From Gemmatimonas sp. (GTDB lineage: Bacteria; Gemmatimonadota; Gemmatimonadetes; Gemmatimonadales; Gemmatimonadaceae), in NCBI GenBank assembly GCA_031414535.1, contig JANNVQ010000053.1, positions 51,997 through 115,996 of the forward strand: a stretch of DNA of 64,000 nucleotides, given 5' to 3'. This document shows, piece by piece, positions 38,143-47,594 of the stretch. The notes beneath the pieces were generated by a model. It saw only the letters and a list, made by a program, of their open reading frames with translations, was not told the origin of the DNA and searched no databases. How positions within the stretch are numbered: the first letter of the stretch is position 1; each line of letters starts with the position of its first letter. The position numbers and the translations under genes were made by a program.

Positions 38143-39417
38143 GTGCTCGACCATAAGATCATCCGTGACGATGTCGCGGCGCTGCGGGATGCTATGCAGC
38201 GACGTGAGAAACTCGACATCTACGGTCCGCTGATTGACGAAGCTGAAGCGCTCGACCGTACACGTCGGGCGTCCATTGGTCGTGTCGAAGAGCGTAAAGC
38301 TGAGCGCAACCGCGTGACGCAGGAAGTCGGCAAGAAGAAGAAGGCCGGCGAAGATGCGAGCGAGATGCAGGCCAGCGCCCGCGCCATCGGCGAGGAAATC
38401 GCGGCGCTGGAGTCCCAGCTCGAGATCACGCAGTCTCGCCTCGACGAGCTCTTACTCCACATCCCCAACCTGACGCTGCCCGACGTCCCCGCCGGCGACG
38501 AGTCGCACAACGTCATCGTGCGCAACTGGGGCACTCCACGCGCCGCCGAGAGCGTCGTGCCGCACTGGGAAGTTGGAGAGACGCTCGGGCTCTTCGATCT
38601 GCCGCGCGGTGCTAAGATCTCGGGCTCTGGCTTTATCGTGTATCGCGGCGCGGGAGCCCGCCTCGTGCGCTCGCTGATGAACATGATGCTCGACCTGCAC
38701 ACAACCGAGTTCGGCTACGAAGAGACCTGGGTTCCGGTCGCGGTGAACCGCGCGTCGATGACCGGCACCGGACAGTTGCCCAAGTTCGAGCATGACATGT
38801 ACGCGTTGAAGGATGAAGACATGTTTCTCATCCCCACGGCCGAGGTGCCGGTCACCAATCTCTACCGCGACGAGATCCTCGGTGCCGACGAATTGCCCAA
38901 GGCCCTCTGCGCCTACTCACCCTGCTTCCGTCGGGAAGCGGGCTCGGCCGGTAAGGACACGCGCGGCCTGTTGCGCGTGCACGAATTCGACAAGGTCGAA
39001 CTCGTGCGGTACTGCGCGCCCGAAGACGGTGAATCTCAGCTCCAACTGCTGCTTTCCCATGCGGAAGCCGTGCTGCAGCGACTCGGTTTGCCGTATCGCG
39101 TGCTCTTGCTCGCGGCCGGCGATACGGGCTTCGCCAGCGCCAAGACCTACGATCTCGAGGTCTTTGCGCCGGGCGTTGGTAAGTGGCTTGAAGTGTCGTC
39201 CTGCTCGCTGTTCACGGATTTTCAGGGGCGTCGCGCCAACATTCGCTTCCGCCCTGCGCCGGGTGAGAAGCCGCGCTTCGTGTACACCCTGAACGCCTCG
39301 GGTCTGGCCTTCCCGCGCATCATCGCGGCCATCCTTGAGCATTACCAGCAGCCAGACGGATCGGTCATCCTCCCCGAGTCGCTGGCCAGCGTCTTCGGGA
39401 AGGAGCGCATCGGGTGA
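38143..39417 (+). CDS. serS: Serine--tRNA ligase
   Basis: N-terminal coiled arm, TGQLPKF, PTAEVP, CFRREAG, EVSSCS. Confidence 0.97.
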   Translation: MLDHKIIRDDVAALRDAMQRREKLDIYGPLIDEAEALDRTRRASIGRVEERKAERNRVTQEVGKKKKAGEDASEMQASARAIGEEIAALESQLEITQSRLDELLLHIPNLTLPDVPAGDESHNVIVRNWGTPRAAESVVPHWEVGETLGLFDLPRGAKISGSGFIVYRGAGARLVRSLMNMMLDLHTTEFGYEETWVPVAVNRASMTGTGQLPKFEHDMYALKDEDMFLIPTAEVPVTNLYRDEILGADELPKALCAYSPCFRREAGSAGKDTRGLLRVHEFDKVELVRYCAPEDGESQLQLLLSHAEAVLQRLGLPYRVLLLAAGDTGFASAKTYDLEVFAPGVGKWLEVSSCSLFTDFQGRRANIRFRPAPGEKPRFVYTLNASGLAFPRIIAAILEHYQQPDGSVILPESLASVFGKERIG

Positions 39418-41726
39418 ACGGCGCCTCGCCGTTCCCCTCGCTCAATCCCGCGCAGCGCGAAGCCGTCGAACACGAAGACGGACCGCTGCTCGTCGTCGCA
39501 GGCGCTGGTTCAGGCAAGACGCGGGTGCTCACGGCACGCATCGCCCGTCTCATTGCCGAGCGCGGTGTGCTCCCGCAAGAAATTCTCGCCGTCACCTTCA
39601 CCAACAAGGCTGCTGGTGAGATGCGGGAGCGCGTCGGGCGCGCGCTCGGTGAGGACCCGCGGGGAATGTGGATTGGTACCTTCCACGGCATCGGCGCCCG
39701 GTTGCTGCGGGCCAATGCCGAGTTGGTGGGGCGCACGCCGGAGTACACGATTTACGACCAAGCCGATCTGTTGGTCGTCATCAAGCGCCTGATGAAGAAG
39801 CACGGCATTTCCACCGATGAGTTCGAGCCGAAGGGAATCGCCAACGAGATTGGCTCGGCCAAGAACGCGCTCGTGGAGGTGGCCGAGTTTGAGCAGCTCG
39901 CGCGTACCACCAAGGCACAGGCCGCCGCGAAGGTTTATCGCGACCTCGAGGAGACGCTGCGCGCGGCGAATGCCGTCAGTTTCGATGACCTGCTCGTGCT
40001 GCCAGTGCGCATCCTGCGCGAGCATGAAGCGGTGCGTACGCGACTCGCGCGGCGCTTCCGTCACGTGTTGGTGGACGAGTATCAAGACACCAATCACGCG
40101 CAATACGAGTTCGTGCGTCTCGTCGCCGCCGAGCATCGCAACGTCCTCGTGGTGGGCGACGACGACCAAGCGATTTACGGCTGGCGCGGCGCCGACATCC
40201 GCAACATCCTCGACTTTGAGCGCGACTACCCCAACGCCAAGGTCGTGCGGCTTGAGGAGAACTATCGTTCCACGGCCAGCATCCTCGAACTCGCCAATAC
40301 GGTGATCTCGGCGAACCTCGCTCGGCGTGGTAAGACGTTGCGGGCCACGCGCGGCGGCGGCGAGAAGGTCGTCGTGCTCGAAGCGGCCGATGACCGCGAC
40401 GAGGCCGAGGCCATCGCTGAGGCGATGCAGGATTGGCGGCGCATGGGTCGCAAGTATTCCGATGCGGCCGTGCTATATCGCACCAATGCGCAGAGTCGCG
40501 GCATGGAAGACGCGATGCGCCGTGCAGGCATTCCGTATCGCCTCGTCGGAGCCACGCGCTTCTATGACCGGCAGGAAATTCGCGATCTCGTGTCGTGGCT
40601 CCGCCTTGTCGCCAATCCGCAGGACGACGAAGCGTTTCGTCGGGCGGTCAGCGCACCAAAGCGGGGCATTGGCGACACCAGCGTGGAGTTGCTAGCCTCG
40701 GAAGCCGCGAGCGCGGGCGTCCCGTTGCTCGAGATTTCGCGCCGCGCTGCCCAAGGGCTGATTCCTGGATTGCGGGCCGCGCTCAAGGATGCGCTCGCGA
40801 TCTTCGTCGCGCTCGTGGACCGGTTACGCGTCGCTGCGACGGACACGAGCGTCAATCGCCTGCTCCTGTTGATTGTCGAGGAGTCTGGCTATGCGGTGGC
40901 CCTGCGGAAGGAGGGCCCGGAGGGAGAAGAGCGGCTCGCGAACGTCGGTGAGCTTGTGAACTCCGCGGCGGAAGTCGTCATCGATGACGGTGGCGAAGTC
41001 GGCATGCGACCGCTTGATCACTTCCTGCAGAACGTCACGCTCGTGACGGCACTCGACCAGCTCGGGCCTGACGCAGACGCCATCACCATGATGACGGTGC
41101 ACACCGCCAAGGGTCTTGAGTATGGATTCATCTGCGTCACGGGACTTGAAGACCGCCTCTTCCCACTCATTCGCTATGCCGATGAGTTTGATGGCGGCGA
41201 TGGCAACGAGGCGATGGAAGAAGAGCGACGCCTGCTCTACGTGGCAATCACGCGCGCCGGTGAGCGGCTCCATCTGAGTTGGGCCAGGCAGCGCCTGCGC
41301 GAAGGCCGGTTTATCCAGTCCGAACGCTCGCGGCTCTTGAGCGGCGTTGACGAATCGACCATCGAGCTGCGCCGCACCATTCGCCTGCGCTCCACTTCAC
41401 GCCTCGCGGCACCTTCTCGCGAGCCCGTTTGGCGCAAGACCACGCGCGAGGACTCCGCCGCTGCATTCCCGCGCGCGCCCAAGGCCGAATGGTCCGCCCG
41501 CGAAACGGATGTCCCGAGCTTCGTCGCCGACGAAGAGGCGTCGCAGGACTCGCCGCAGTTCATCAAAGGCGAGCGCGTCACCCACGGTCGGTTCGGCTCC
41601 GGCACCATTGCAGAAGTCGGCGGATCGGGGAAGGATGCCAAAGTCACCGTGGACTTCGATGACGAAGCGGTGGGGCGCAAGCGCTTAGTCATTGCCTTCG
41701 CCGGCCTGCAACGTGGCTTCGATTGA
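39414..41726 (+). CDS. pcrA: UvrD/PcrA superfamily 1 helicase with C-terminal Tudor-like domain
   Basis: AGAGSGKT, VDEYQDTN, GDDDQAIYGWRGA, EERRLLYVAITRA, GERVTHGRFGSG. Confidence 0.92.
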   Translation: MNGASPFPSLNPAQREAVEHEDGPLLVVAGAGSGKTRVLTARIARLIAERGVLPQEILAVTFTNKAAGEMRERVGRALGEDPRGMWIGTFHGIGARLLRANAELVGRTPEYTIYDQADLLVVIKRLMKKHGISTDEFEPKGIANEIGSAKNALVEVAEFEQLARTTKAQAAAKVYRDLEETLRAANAVSFDDLLVLPVRILREHEAVRTRLARRFRHVLVDEYQDTNHAQYEFVRLVAAEHRNVLVVGDDDQAIYGWRGADIRNILDFERDYPNAKVVRLEENYRSTASILELANTVISANLARRGKTLRATRGGGEKVVVLEAADDRDEAEAIAEAMQDWRRMGRKYSDAAVLYRTNAQSRGMEDAMRRAGIPYRLVGATRFYDRQEIRDLVSWLRLVANPQDDEAFRRAVSAPKRGIGDTSVELLASEAASAGVPLLEISRRAAQGLIPGLRAALKDALAIFVALVDRLRVAATDTSVNRLLLLIVEESGYAVALRKEGPEGEERLANVGELVNSAAEVVIDDGGEVGMRPLDHFLQNVTLVTALDQLGPDADAITMMTVHTAKGLEYGFICVTGLEDRLFPLIRYADEFDGGDGNEAMEEERRLLYVAITRAGERLHLSWARQRLREGRFIQSERSRLLSGVDESTIELRRTIRLRSTSRLAAPSREPVWRKTTREDSAAAFPRAPKAEWSARETDVPSFVADEEASQDSPQFIKGERVTHGRFGSGTIAEVGGSGKDAKVTVDFDDEAVGRKRLVIAFAGLQRGFD

Positions 41727-41764
41727 GCGGTGTACCCTGAGCGCGTGAAGGCGCTCGGGAGGTG

Positions 41765-42691
41765 TTAGACCAGCGCGTCTGCATTAGGGACGAACAAGGG
41801 CTTGGGCAGCTTCGTCACCCACTCTGAGTGCACGCTCGGCAGGGCGAATCGGTCCGCAGCATCCTTGCGCGCCGCACGTTCTCCTCCGCGCTCGAGTGCG
41901 CCTTTGCGAATAGATTTTGCCTCGCGCAGCGCCTCCTCTCCGCTCGGGTCCGCCTGGCGCGCCACCGCGCGCGCTCCAGTGACCAAGAGGTCCACGATGT
42001 GGTCGAATGCCCGGTCCAGATGTGCGGAGACCGCGGCGCCGCGCAGTGGCCAGCGGCTATTCGCGGCCACCAACGAGAGCACGCGCTGGTAGGGCGAAAG
42101 ATCCGAGGCGTGCACCATGCCGCGGAAGATCCGCCGATTGGTTGAGGTGCTGAATATTGTCGGCGACAGAATGCGGTCGAGGTGCTCGTCGGCTTGCCCG
42201 TGATCGAGCAGAATCACTTCGCGCGCACGCCGCGACCACTGCTCCCCAAGTTCGCTTTCGAAGCGCGCTTCCCAATACGCGTGGCCAGCACCGCTGGTCG
42301 CCGACGAAATGGCGAGTTGATGGGGCACGAAGTGGTTGTGCGCCACCACGTCGGCGGCGAGATGCGAGAGGTAGCCGTAACCGAAGGCGCGCAACGAGTC
42401 GTCGCGGGCGCGGTCGAGGATGTCGTCACCCACCGGCCAGTGATGGCAGTGCCGTCCCACGCGGGCGTAGCGCTTCGCGAAGCTGGTATCGGCCGCGATG
42501 CTGCCATACAGGAACTCAAATGGGTGCGCTTTCAGGAGCCCAGCAAGCGCCGTCGGTAGCAAGACGTCGGCGGAGCGGAGCAGGGCCTCACCGAGCAGTA
42601 TGTGCGTGCCGGGAGTCCACGCGAGCGCATCCGTGGGAAACAAGCTGAGCAAGAGGAGCGCGCCGCACGCGCTCCAAACGAAGCGGGCCAC
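41765..42691 (-). CDS. Zinc-dependent phospholipase C / S1-P1 fold protein, secreted
   Basis: Signal peptide ending ALA exposes [27 protein letters not shown] metal motifs. Confidence 0.8.
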   Translation of the reverse strand: MARFVWSACGALLLLSLFPTDALAWTPGTHILLGEALLRSADVLLPTALAGLLKAHPFEFLYGSIAADTSFAKRYARVGRHCHHWPVGDDILDRARDDSLRAFGYGYLSHLAADVVAHNHFVPHQLAISSATSGAGHAYWEARFESELGEQWSRRAREVILLDHGQADEHLDRILSPTIFSTSTNRRIFRGMVHASDLSPYQRVLSLVAANSRWPLRGAAVSAHLDRAFDHIVDLLVTGARAVARQADPSGEEALREAKSIRKGALERGGERAARKDAADRFALPSVHSEWVTKLPKPLFVPNADALV

Positions 42692-42702
42692 CGTGCATGG
42701 CC

Positions 42703-43263
42703 TCAGCGACGGCGTCGCAGGCGCGGTCGCTCGTCGGGCTCGCTGAGGTCCAGGTCTCGAGCCGTGCTCGACTTCTTCTTGCGACCGATCCCAAAGATTC
42801 GCGCGCCGGCCTTGAGTCCGCCCACGGTTGTGGCATAGATGCTCGCCACGCGCATCGCCGCGCGCGACGCCTTGCTGATAATCCCACTCAGTTCGTTGAC
42901 GCGCGTCGTCAACTCGGTGACGGACTCGCGCACCTTCTCGTTGGCCATCGTGACGGTCGCGCGCGACTCGGCCACCATTTCCTTCGCCATTGCGGCCGCT
43001 TCACGCACATCCACGGACGCTGCGTTGGCATTCTGTGTGAGGGGTCGCAACTCCTGCAACACTTCGTCCAGCTTGCCGTGCAAGGCCTGTGCGGCCGCCC
43101 GCATGCCCAGCAGCATCAAGAGAATCACCAGCACGAGCAGCAGCGTGAGGATGGACGTCAGTCCAGACGCCACGAAGACCAGCTGTTCGAACGCCGTGCG
43201 CAACGGCGGGACCTCTCGGACCAAGACCGTATCCGCCGCAGCGGCCAACTGGTAGAAGTACAT
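42703..43263 (-). CDS. Membrane-anchored coiled-coil hypothetical protein (DUF948-like)
   Basis: One TM segment, then a heptad-rich helix and a basic tail. Confidence 0.65.
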   Translation of the reverse strand: MYFYQLAAAADTVLVREVPPLRTAFEQLVFVASGLTSILTLLLVLVILLMLLGMRAAAQALHGKLDEVLQELRPLTQNANAASVDVREAAAMAKEMVAESRATVTMANEKVRESVTELTTRVNELSGIISKASRAAMRVASIYATTVGGLKAGARIFGIGRKKKSSTARDLDLSEPDERPRLRRRR

Positions 43264-43314
43264 AAAGCAAGCTCTACAGACGCGTACGTGGCGTCAAGCA
43301 TATATTCACTCGCT

Positions 43315-44598
43315 ATGTCAACGCCCCAGTTCATCGTTGAGGGGGGCCGCCCCCTCGCCGGCGCCATTCGGCCCACCGGCAACAAGAACGCCGCTTTGCC
43401 CATCGTCTGTGCCGCGCTGCTCACACCTGAGGCGGTCACGCTCGACAATGTGCCGCGCATCCGCGACATCGAGAGCCTCCTCGGGCTCGTGCGTGCGACA
43501 GGCGCCAGCGCCGAGTGGACAGGCGACAACACCTTGGTGATTCACGCCGAAACGGTCCGTGGCGACACGCTACCTCCGGAGCTGTGTGCTCGCATCCGCG
43601 CCTCGGTGCTCTTGGCGGGCCCGCTGCTCGCCCGCTGCGGCGAGGTCATTCTCGCCCCGCCGGGCGGTGATGTCATTGGCCGCCGCCGCCTCGACACGCA
43701 CGTCCTCGCGCTCGAGGCACTGGGGGCCACGCACGAGTTCGGTGAACGCATCGTGTTCCGCGCCAAGCGTCTGAGAGGCGCGGACATCTTTCTCGACGAA
43801 CCCTCCGTCACGGGCACCGAGAACGCCATCATGGCTGCCGTCGCCGCCGATGGTACGACGACGCTGCACAATGCGGCCTCCGAGCCACACGTGCAGGATC
43901 TGTGTCACATGCTCCTCACGTTGGGTGCCAAAATTGATGGCATTGGCTCCAACGTGTTGACCATCCAAGGCGGTCGGCCGCTGCACGGTGGACGCTTCCG
44001 CATCGGTCCCGATCACATCGAAGTCGGGTCCTTCATCGGGCTCGCCGCCGTCACGCGGTCGCGCATCGTCATTGAGGACGCAGGCGTGCAACACCTGCGC
44101 TCCGTGCGGCTCGGTTTCGACCGCCTCGGGGTCGCCACGCAGATCGACGGCGACAATCTCATCGTGCCCGCCAACCAAGAACTGCGCATTCGCTCGGATT
44201 TGGGTGGTGCCGTGCCGAAGCTCGAAGATCAGCCCTGGCCCGCCTTCCCGGCCGACGTGATGTCCATCGCCATTGTCACGGCTACACAGTGCGAAGGCAT
44301 CATCCTCATTCACGAGAAGATGTTCGAGTCGCGCATGTTCTTCGTGGACAAGCTCGTGGGCATGGGCGCGCGCATCGTGCTCTGCGATCCGCATCGCGCA
44401 CTGGTGAGTGGTCCCACGCAGTTGCGCGGCGCGCAGGTGGAGAGCCCCGATATTCGCGCTGGCATGGCGATGCTGATCGCCGCGCTCTGCGCGAAGGGCA
44501 CGAGCGTCATCAATAACATCGGGCAAATCGAGCGTGGGTACGAACGCATTGACGAACGCTTGAACGCTTTGGGCGCCGGCATCAAGCGAGTGCAGTGA
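43315..44598 (+). CDS. murA: UDP-N-acetylglucosamine 1-carboxyvinyltransferase
   Basis: [42 protein letters not shown]; start moved to ATG 43315. Confidence 0.95.
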   Translation: MSTPQFIVEGGRPLAGAIRPTGNKNAALPIVCAALLTPEAVTLDNVPRIRDIESLLGLVRATGASAEWTGDNTLVIHAETVRGDTLPPELCARIRASVLLAGPLLARCGEVILAPPGGDVIGRRRLDTHVLALEALGATHEFGERIVFRAKRLRGADIFLDEPSVTGTENAIMAAVAADGTTTLHNAASEPHVQDLCHMLLTLGAKIDGIGSNVLTIQGGRPLHGGRFRIGPDHIEVGSFIGLAAVTRSRIVIEDAGVQHLRSVRLGFDRLGVATQIDGDNLIVPANQELRIRSDLGGAVPKLEDQPWPAFPADVMSIAIVTATQCEGIILIHEKMFESRMFFVDKLVGMGARIVLCDPHRALVSGPTQLRGAQVESPDIRAGMAMLIAALCAKGTSVINNIGQIERGYERIDERLNALGAGIKRVQ

Positions 44599-44599
44599 C

Positions 44600-45316
44600 G
44601 TGAGCGACGTGCCACTGCCCGCGCGCCTCGATATTCCGACCTTCGAGCGCTTCGGCGTGCGCGCGTTCATCACCACGCGCGCGGCCGGCGATTTCAACCT
44701 GAGTGTCGAGACCCCCGGTGCGCGCGAGCGTTGGCACCTCGTGCAGCAGGCCCTTGCGGCGCAGGGCGCACCACGGCTCGCGTCAGCGGTGCAGGTACAC
44801 GGCACGAAGGTGTTGGTGCATGATGCGCCATTTGACGGATGGATTCGCGTCGAGGGCGCGGACGGCCACATTGTGATCGGTGCCGGGGCCGCCGCCGTCA
44901 CCATCGCGGATTGCGTCCCCGTCTTCATTGCGCACCCCAGCGGTACAGTCGGCATCGTGCACGCCGGCTGGCGGGGCGTCGCGGGAGGAATCCTGCCCGA
45001 GGCCCTGCGCCTGTTTGCCCAGTTGGGTTTCCCGGCTGACGAATGCGTGGTGCACCTCGGCCCATCCATCTGCGGGCGCTGCTACGAGGTCGGCACGGAT
45101 GTTTACGAACAACTCACGGGTTGGGAGACGAAGCGTGCTCGCCACGTGGACTTGCGGGCATTGCTGGCGGAGCAAGCCTCCCAGTTTCGTGTGGCGCGCT
45201 GGTCGGCGAGTGGCGAGTGCACCAAGTGTGACAACGACCAGTTGTTTTCGCACAGGGCTGGCGATGCGGGACGCCAGATTGCCTGCATCTATAACGTACC
45301 TGCCTTGACGGAGTAG
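44600..45316 (+). CDS. pgeF: YfiH/PgeF family purine nucleoside phosphorylase / peptidoglycan editing factor
   Basis: QVHG, ADCVP, HAGWRG, GPSICGRCYEVG, FSHR. Confidence 0.88.
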   Translation: MSDVPLPARLDIPTFERFGVRAFITTRAAGDFNLSVETPGARERWHLVQQALAAQGAPRLASAVQVHGTKVLVHDAPFDGWIRVEGADGHIVIGAGAAAVTIADCVPVFIAHPSGTVGIVHAGWRGVAGGILPEALRLFAQLGFPADECVVHLGPSICGRCYEVGTDVYEQLTGWETKRARHVDLRALLAEQASQFRVARWSASGECTKCDNDQLFSHRAGDAGRQIACIYNVPALTE

Positions 45317-45333
45317 CGGCGGAGGGGTATTCT
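45305..45333 (+). promoter_or_regulatory. sigma70-type promoter of the rimP-nusA-infB operon
   Basis: TTGACG-N17-TATTCT. Confidence 0.7.
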
Positions 45334-45367
45334 CCGGTGTTGGAGACATTCCCGTTGCAAGCCGCGG

Positions 45368-45399
45368 AGTGTGGGGGAAGGTCTCCCCGCACTTTTTTT
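45368..45399 (+). terminator. rimP leader terminator/attenuator hairpin
   Basis: agtgtggggg / tccccgcact stem plus T7, between the promoter and rimP start. Confidence 0.8.
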
Positions 45400-45423
45400 G
45401 TTCTCTATGAGGCCGTAGGAATT

Positions 45424-45891
45424 GTGAAGCAGGCGCTCGAAGTCCTTATCAGTGAAGAACTTGCGTCGTTGAGTCTGGAGCTCGTCGAGCTCAAGCTTGG
45501 CGGCTCGAAGGGGCGCCCGGTGCTTGATGTTCGGGTGGACCGCTTGGACCTGCAAAAGGTACAGGTGGGTGATTGCGAGAAGGCGTCGCGGGCGATTGAG
45601 GCCAAGTTGGATGCTCAGCCTGACCTCATCAATTCGCGCTACGTGCTCGAAGTCTCGTCGCCAGGAATGGAGCGCCCGCTGCGTCATGAGCGGGATTGGC
45701 GGCGCTTTGTAGGTCGCAAGGCCAGCGTGAACAGCCTTGTGCTGCACGGTCGGCAGGAAGTGGAAATCGTCGCGGTAGATGGACCAGAAGGAGCAGCACT
45801 GCTCCATCTCCGAGACGCGAAGGGCACCGAGCATGTGGTCGCGCTTGCGGACGTCACGGACGCTCGCCTCGCGTTCCACTGGAAGCCATAG
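45424..45891 (+). CDS. rimP: Ribosome maturation factor RimP
   Basis: DCEKASRAIEAKLD, YVLEVSSPGMERPL. Confidence 0.92.
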   Translation: MKQALEVLISEELASLSLELVELKLGGSKGRPVLDVRVDRLDLQKVQVGDCEKASRAIEAKLDAQPDLINSRYVLEVSSPGMERPLRHERDWRRFVGRKASVNSLVLHGRQEVEIVAVDGPEGAALLHLRDAKGTEHVVALADVTDARLAFHWKP

Positions 45892-45916
45892 ATCCTTTTT
45901 TCGAACGGAGTTGGGG

Positions 45917-47236
45917 ATGGCGGGTTCAGCCGAAATTCTCTTGGCGCTGCGCGAGCTGGCAGACAGCAAGCAGATCCAGCGTCAGGAATTGCACGATTTG
46001 CTCAAGGACGGCATTCTCGCCGCCTTGGCCAAGAAGCACGGCCCGTCCGTGCAGGCCGAGGTGGAGATTGACGATTCCAAGGGCGACATTCGCATCGTCA
46101 TCCTCAAGAAGGTCGTCGAGGAAGTCGCGGATTCGGTAATCGAGATTGATCTCGAGGAAGCGCGATACGAGGATCCCGACTATCAGCCGGGTGACTTGAT
46201 GGAAATTCCGGTCGCCTTCGAGGAGTTCGGCCGTTCCGCTGTGCAGGCCGCCAAGCAACGCATTGTGCAGCGCGTCCGTGAGGGCGAGCGCACCAAGATT
46301 CGCGACGAGTTCGCGGGTCGAGTCGGCGACCTGCTGTCTGGCGAGATCCAGCAAATCGAGCGTGGCAAGATCGTCATCATGCTCAACAAGTTCCGGGAAG
46401 CCGAAGCCATCATCCCGTATCGCGAGCAGAATCACCGCGAGACGTATTCGCAGGGCGAGCCCGTGCGCGCCGTGCTGAAGCGCATTGAGGAGACGCCGAA
46501 GGGTCCGCGTCTCATTCTTTCGCGCGCCGATGCGCTCTTCGTGCAGGCCTTGTTCCGCTTGGAAGTGCCCGAGATTCAGGGCGGCATCGTCGAGATCCGT
46601 GCGGCGTCCCGCGAAGTGGGATCGCGCACCAAGATTGCGGTGGTCTCACGCGATGACGCGATTGATCCGGTGGGCGCCTGCGTGGGCCTCAAGGGCTCGC
46701 GTGTGCAGGCCGTCGTGCAGGAGCTCGGCGGTGAGCGCATTGACATCGTGCCCTGGTCCAACGACCCGGAGCGCTTCGCCAAGCTCGCGCTCGCACCTGC
46801 GAAGGTTGCCCGCGTGTTCAGCGATCCGACCGCCAAGACCATTCAGGCCGTCGTGGATGAGGATCAGCTCTCGCTGGCCATCGGACGCAACGGCCAGAAT
46901 GTACGCCTCGCCTCGGAACTCACAGGCTGGAAGATTGATCTCTACTCGAGCCGCGAATGGCTGGAGCGTGGCGGTGACATCCCACTCTTCGCGCCGCTCC
47001 CGGACGAGGACGCCGCTGACGTGCCGCTGTCCGACATCGAAGGCCTCGCGACCGCGACGGTCGCCGTGCTTGAGGCGGGTGGCTATCGCACGCTGAACGA
47101 CATTATTGACTTGGACCGCGACGATCTGCTCAAGCTTCCGGGCATCGCGCCCGAAGAGGCCGATCGTATCATGGCTATCCTCGACGAGCTCACCGAAGAG
47201 GGTGGCGAGTCAGAGGCGAAGGCGGCGGCGGAGTAA
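45917..47236 (+). CDS. nusA: Transcription termination/antitermination factor NusA
   Basis: FGRSAVQAAKQ, S1 domain, GACVGLKGSRV, AIGRNGQNVRLA. Confidence 0.97.
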   Translation: MAGSAEILLALRELADSKQIQRQELHDLLKDGILAALAKKHGPSVQAEVEIDDSKGDIRIVILKKVVEEVADSVIEIDLEEARYEDPDYQPGDLMEIPVAFEEFGRSAVQAAKQRIVQRVREGERTKIRDEFAGRVGDLLSGEIQQIERGKIVIMLNKFREAEAIIPYREQNHRETYSQGEPVRAVLKRIEETPKGPRLILSRADALFVQALFRLEVPEIQGGIVEIRAASREVGSRTKIAVVSRDDAIDPVGACVGLKGSRVQAVVQELGGERIDIVPWSNDPERFAKLALAPAKVARVFSDPTAKTIQAVVDEDQLSLAIGRNGQNVRLASELTGWKIDLYSSREWLERGGDIPLFAPLPDEDAADVPLSDIEGLATATVAVLEAGGYRTLNDIIDLDRDDLLKLPGIAPEEADRIMAILDELTEEGGESEAKAAAE

Positions 47237-47242
47237 GGCGGA

Positions 47243-47584
47243 ATGCGCTTGAACGAGGCCCAAGAGAAGAAGGTGCTTGGGCTCCTCGGGCTAGGCGTGC
47301 GGGGAAGGCTCGCACTGGTGGGAGTTGACCGAGTGCGAGAGGCCGTGAAGAAGGGACAGGTGCACGTCGCGGTGGTTGCGGCAGACGCTGCTCCCAATTC
47401 GCGGCAGAAGGTGGATGGCTTGCTCGCCGGACGTGAAGTGCCCACGCTAGAAGTGGCGTCGGCGGCGGAACTCGGACGAGTGGCAGGGAAGGAATCCACG
47501 GCGATCATCGGCGTGGTGGACGACAAGTTGGCAGCGGGAGTCCTGGCAGCCGCCAAGCCGGCGGATGCGGGACGTGAGGCCTAA
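47243..47584 (+). CDS. L7Ae/L30e-family RNA-binding protein (YlxQ-like)
   Basis: LGLLGLG...VVAADAA...ELGRVAGK; position between nusA and infB. Confidence 0.85.
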   Translation: MRLNEAQEKKVLGLLGLGVRGRLALVGVDRVREAVKKGQVHVAVVAADAAPNSRQKVDGLLAGREVPTLEVASAAELGRVAGKESTAIIGVVDDKLAAGVLAAAKPADAGREA

Positions 47585-47594
47585 CGGAGGCAGG

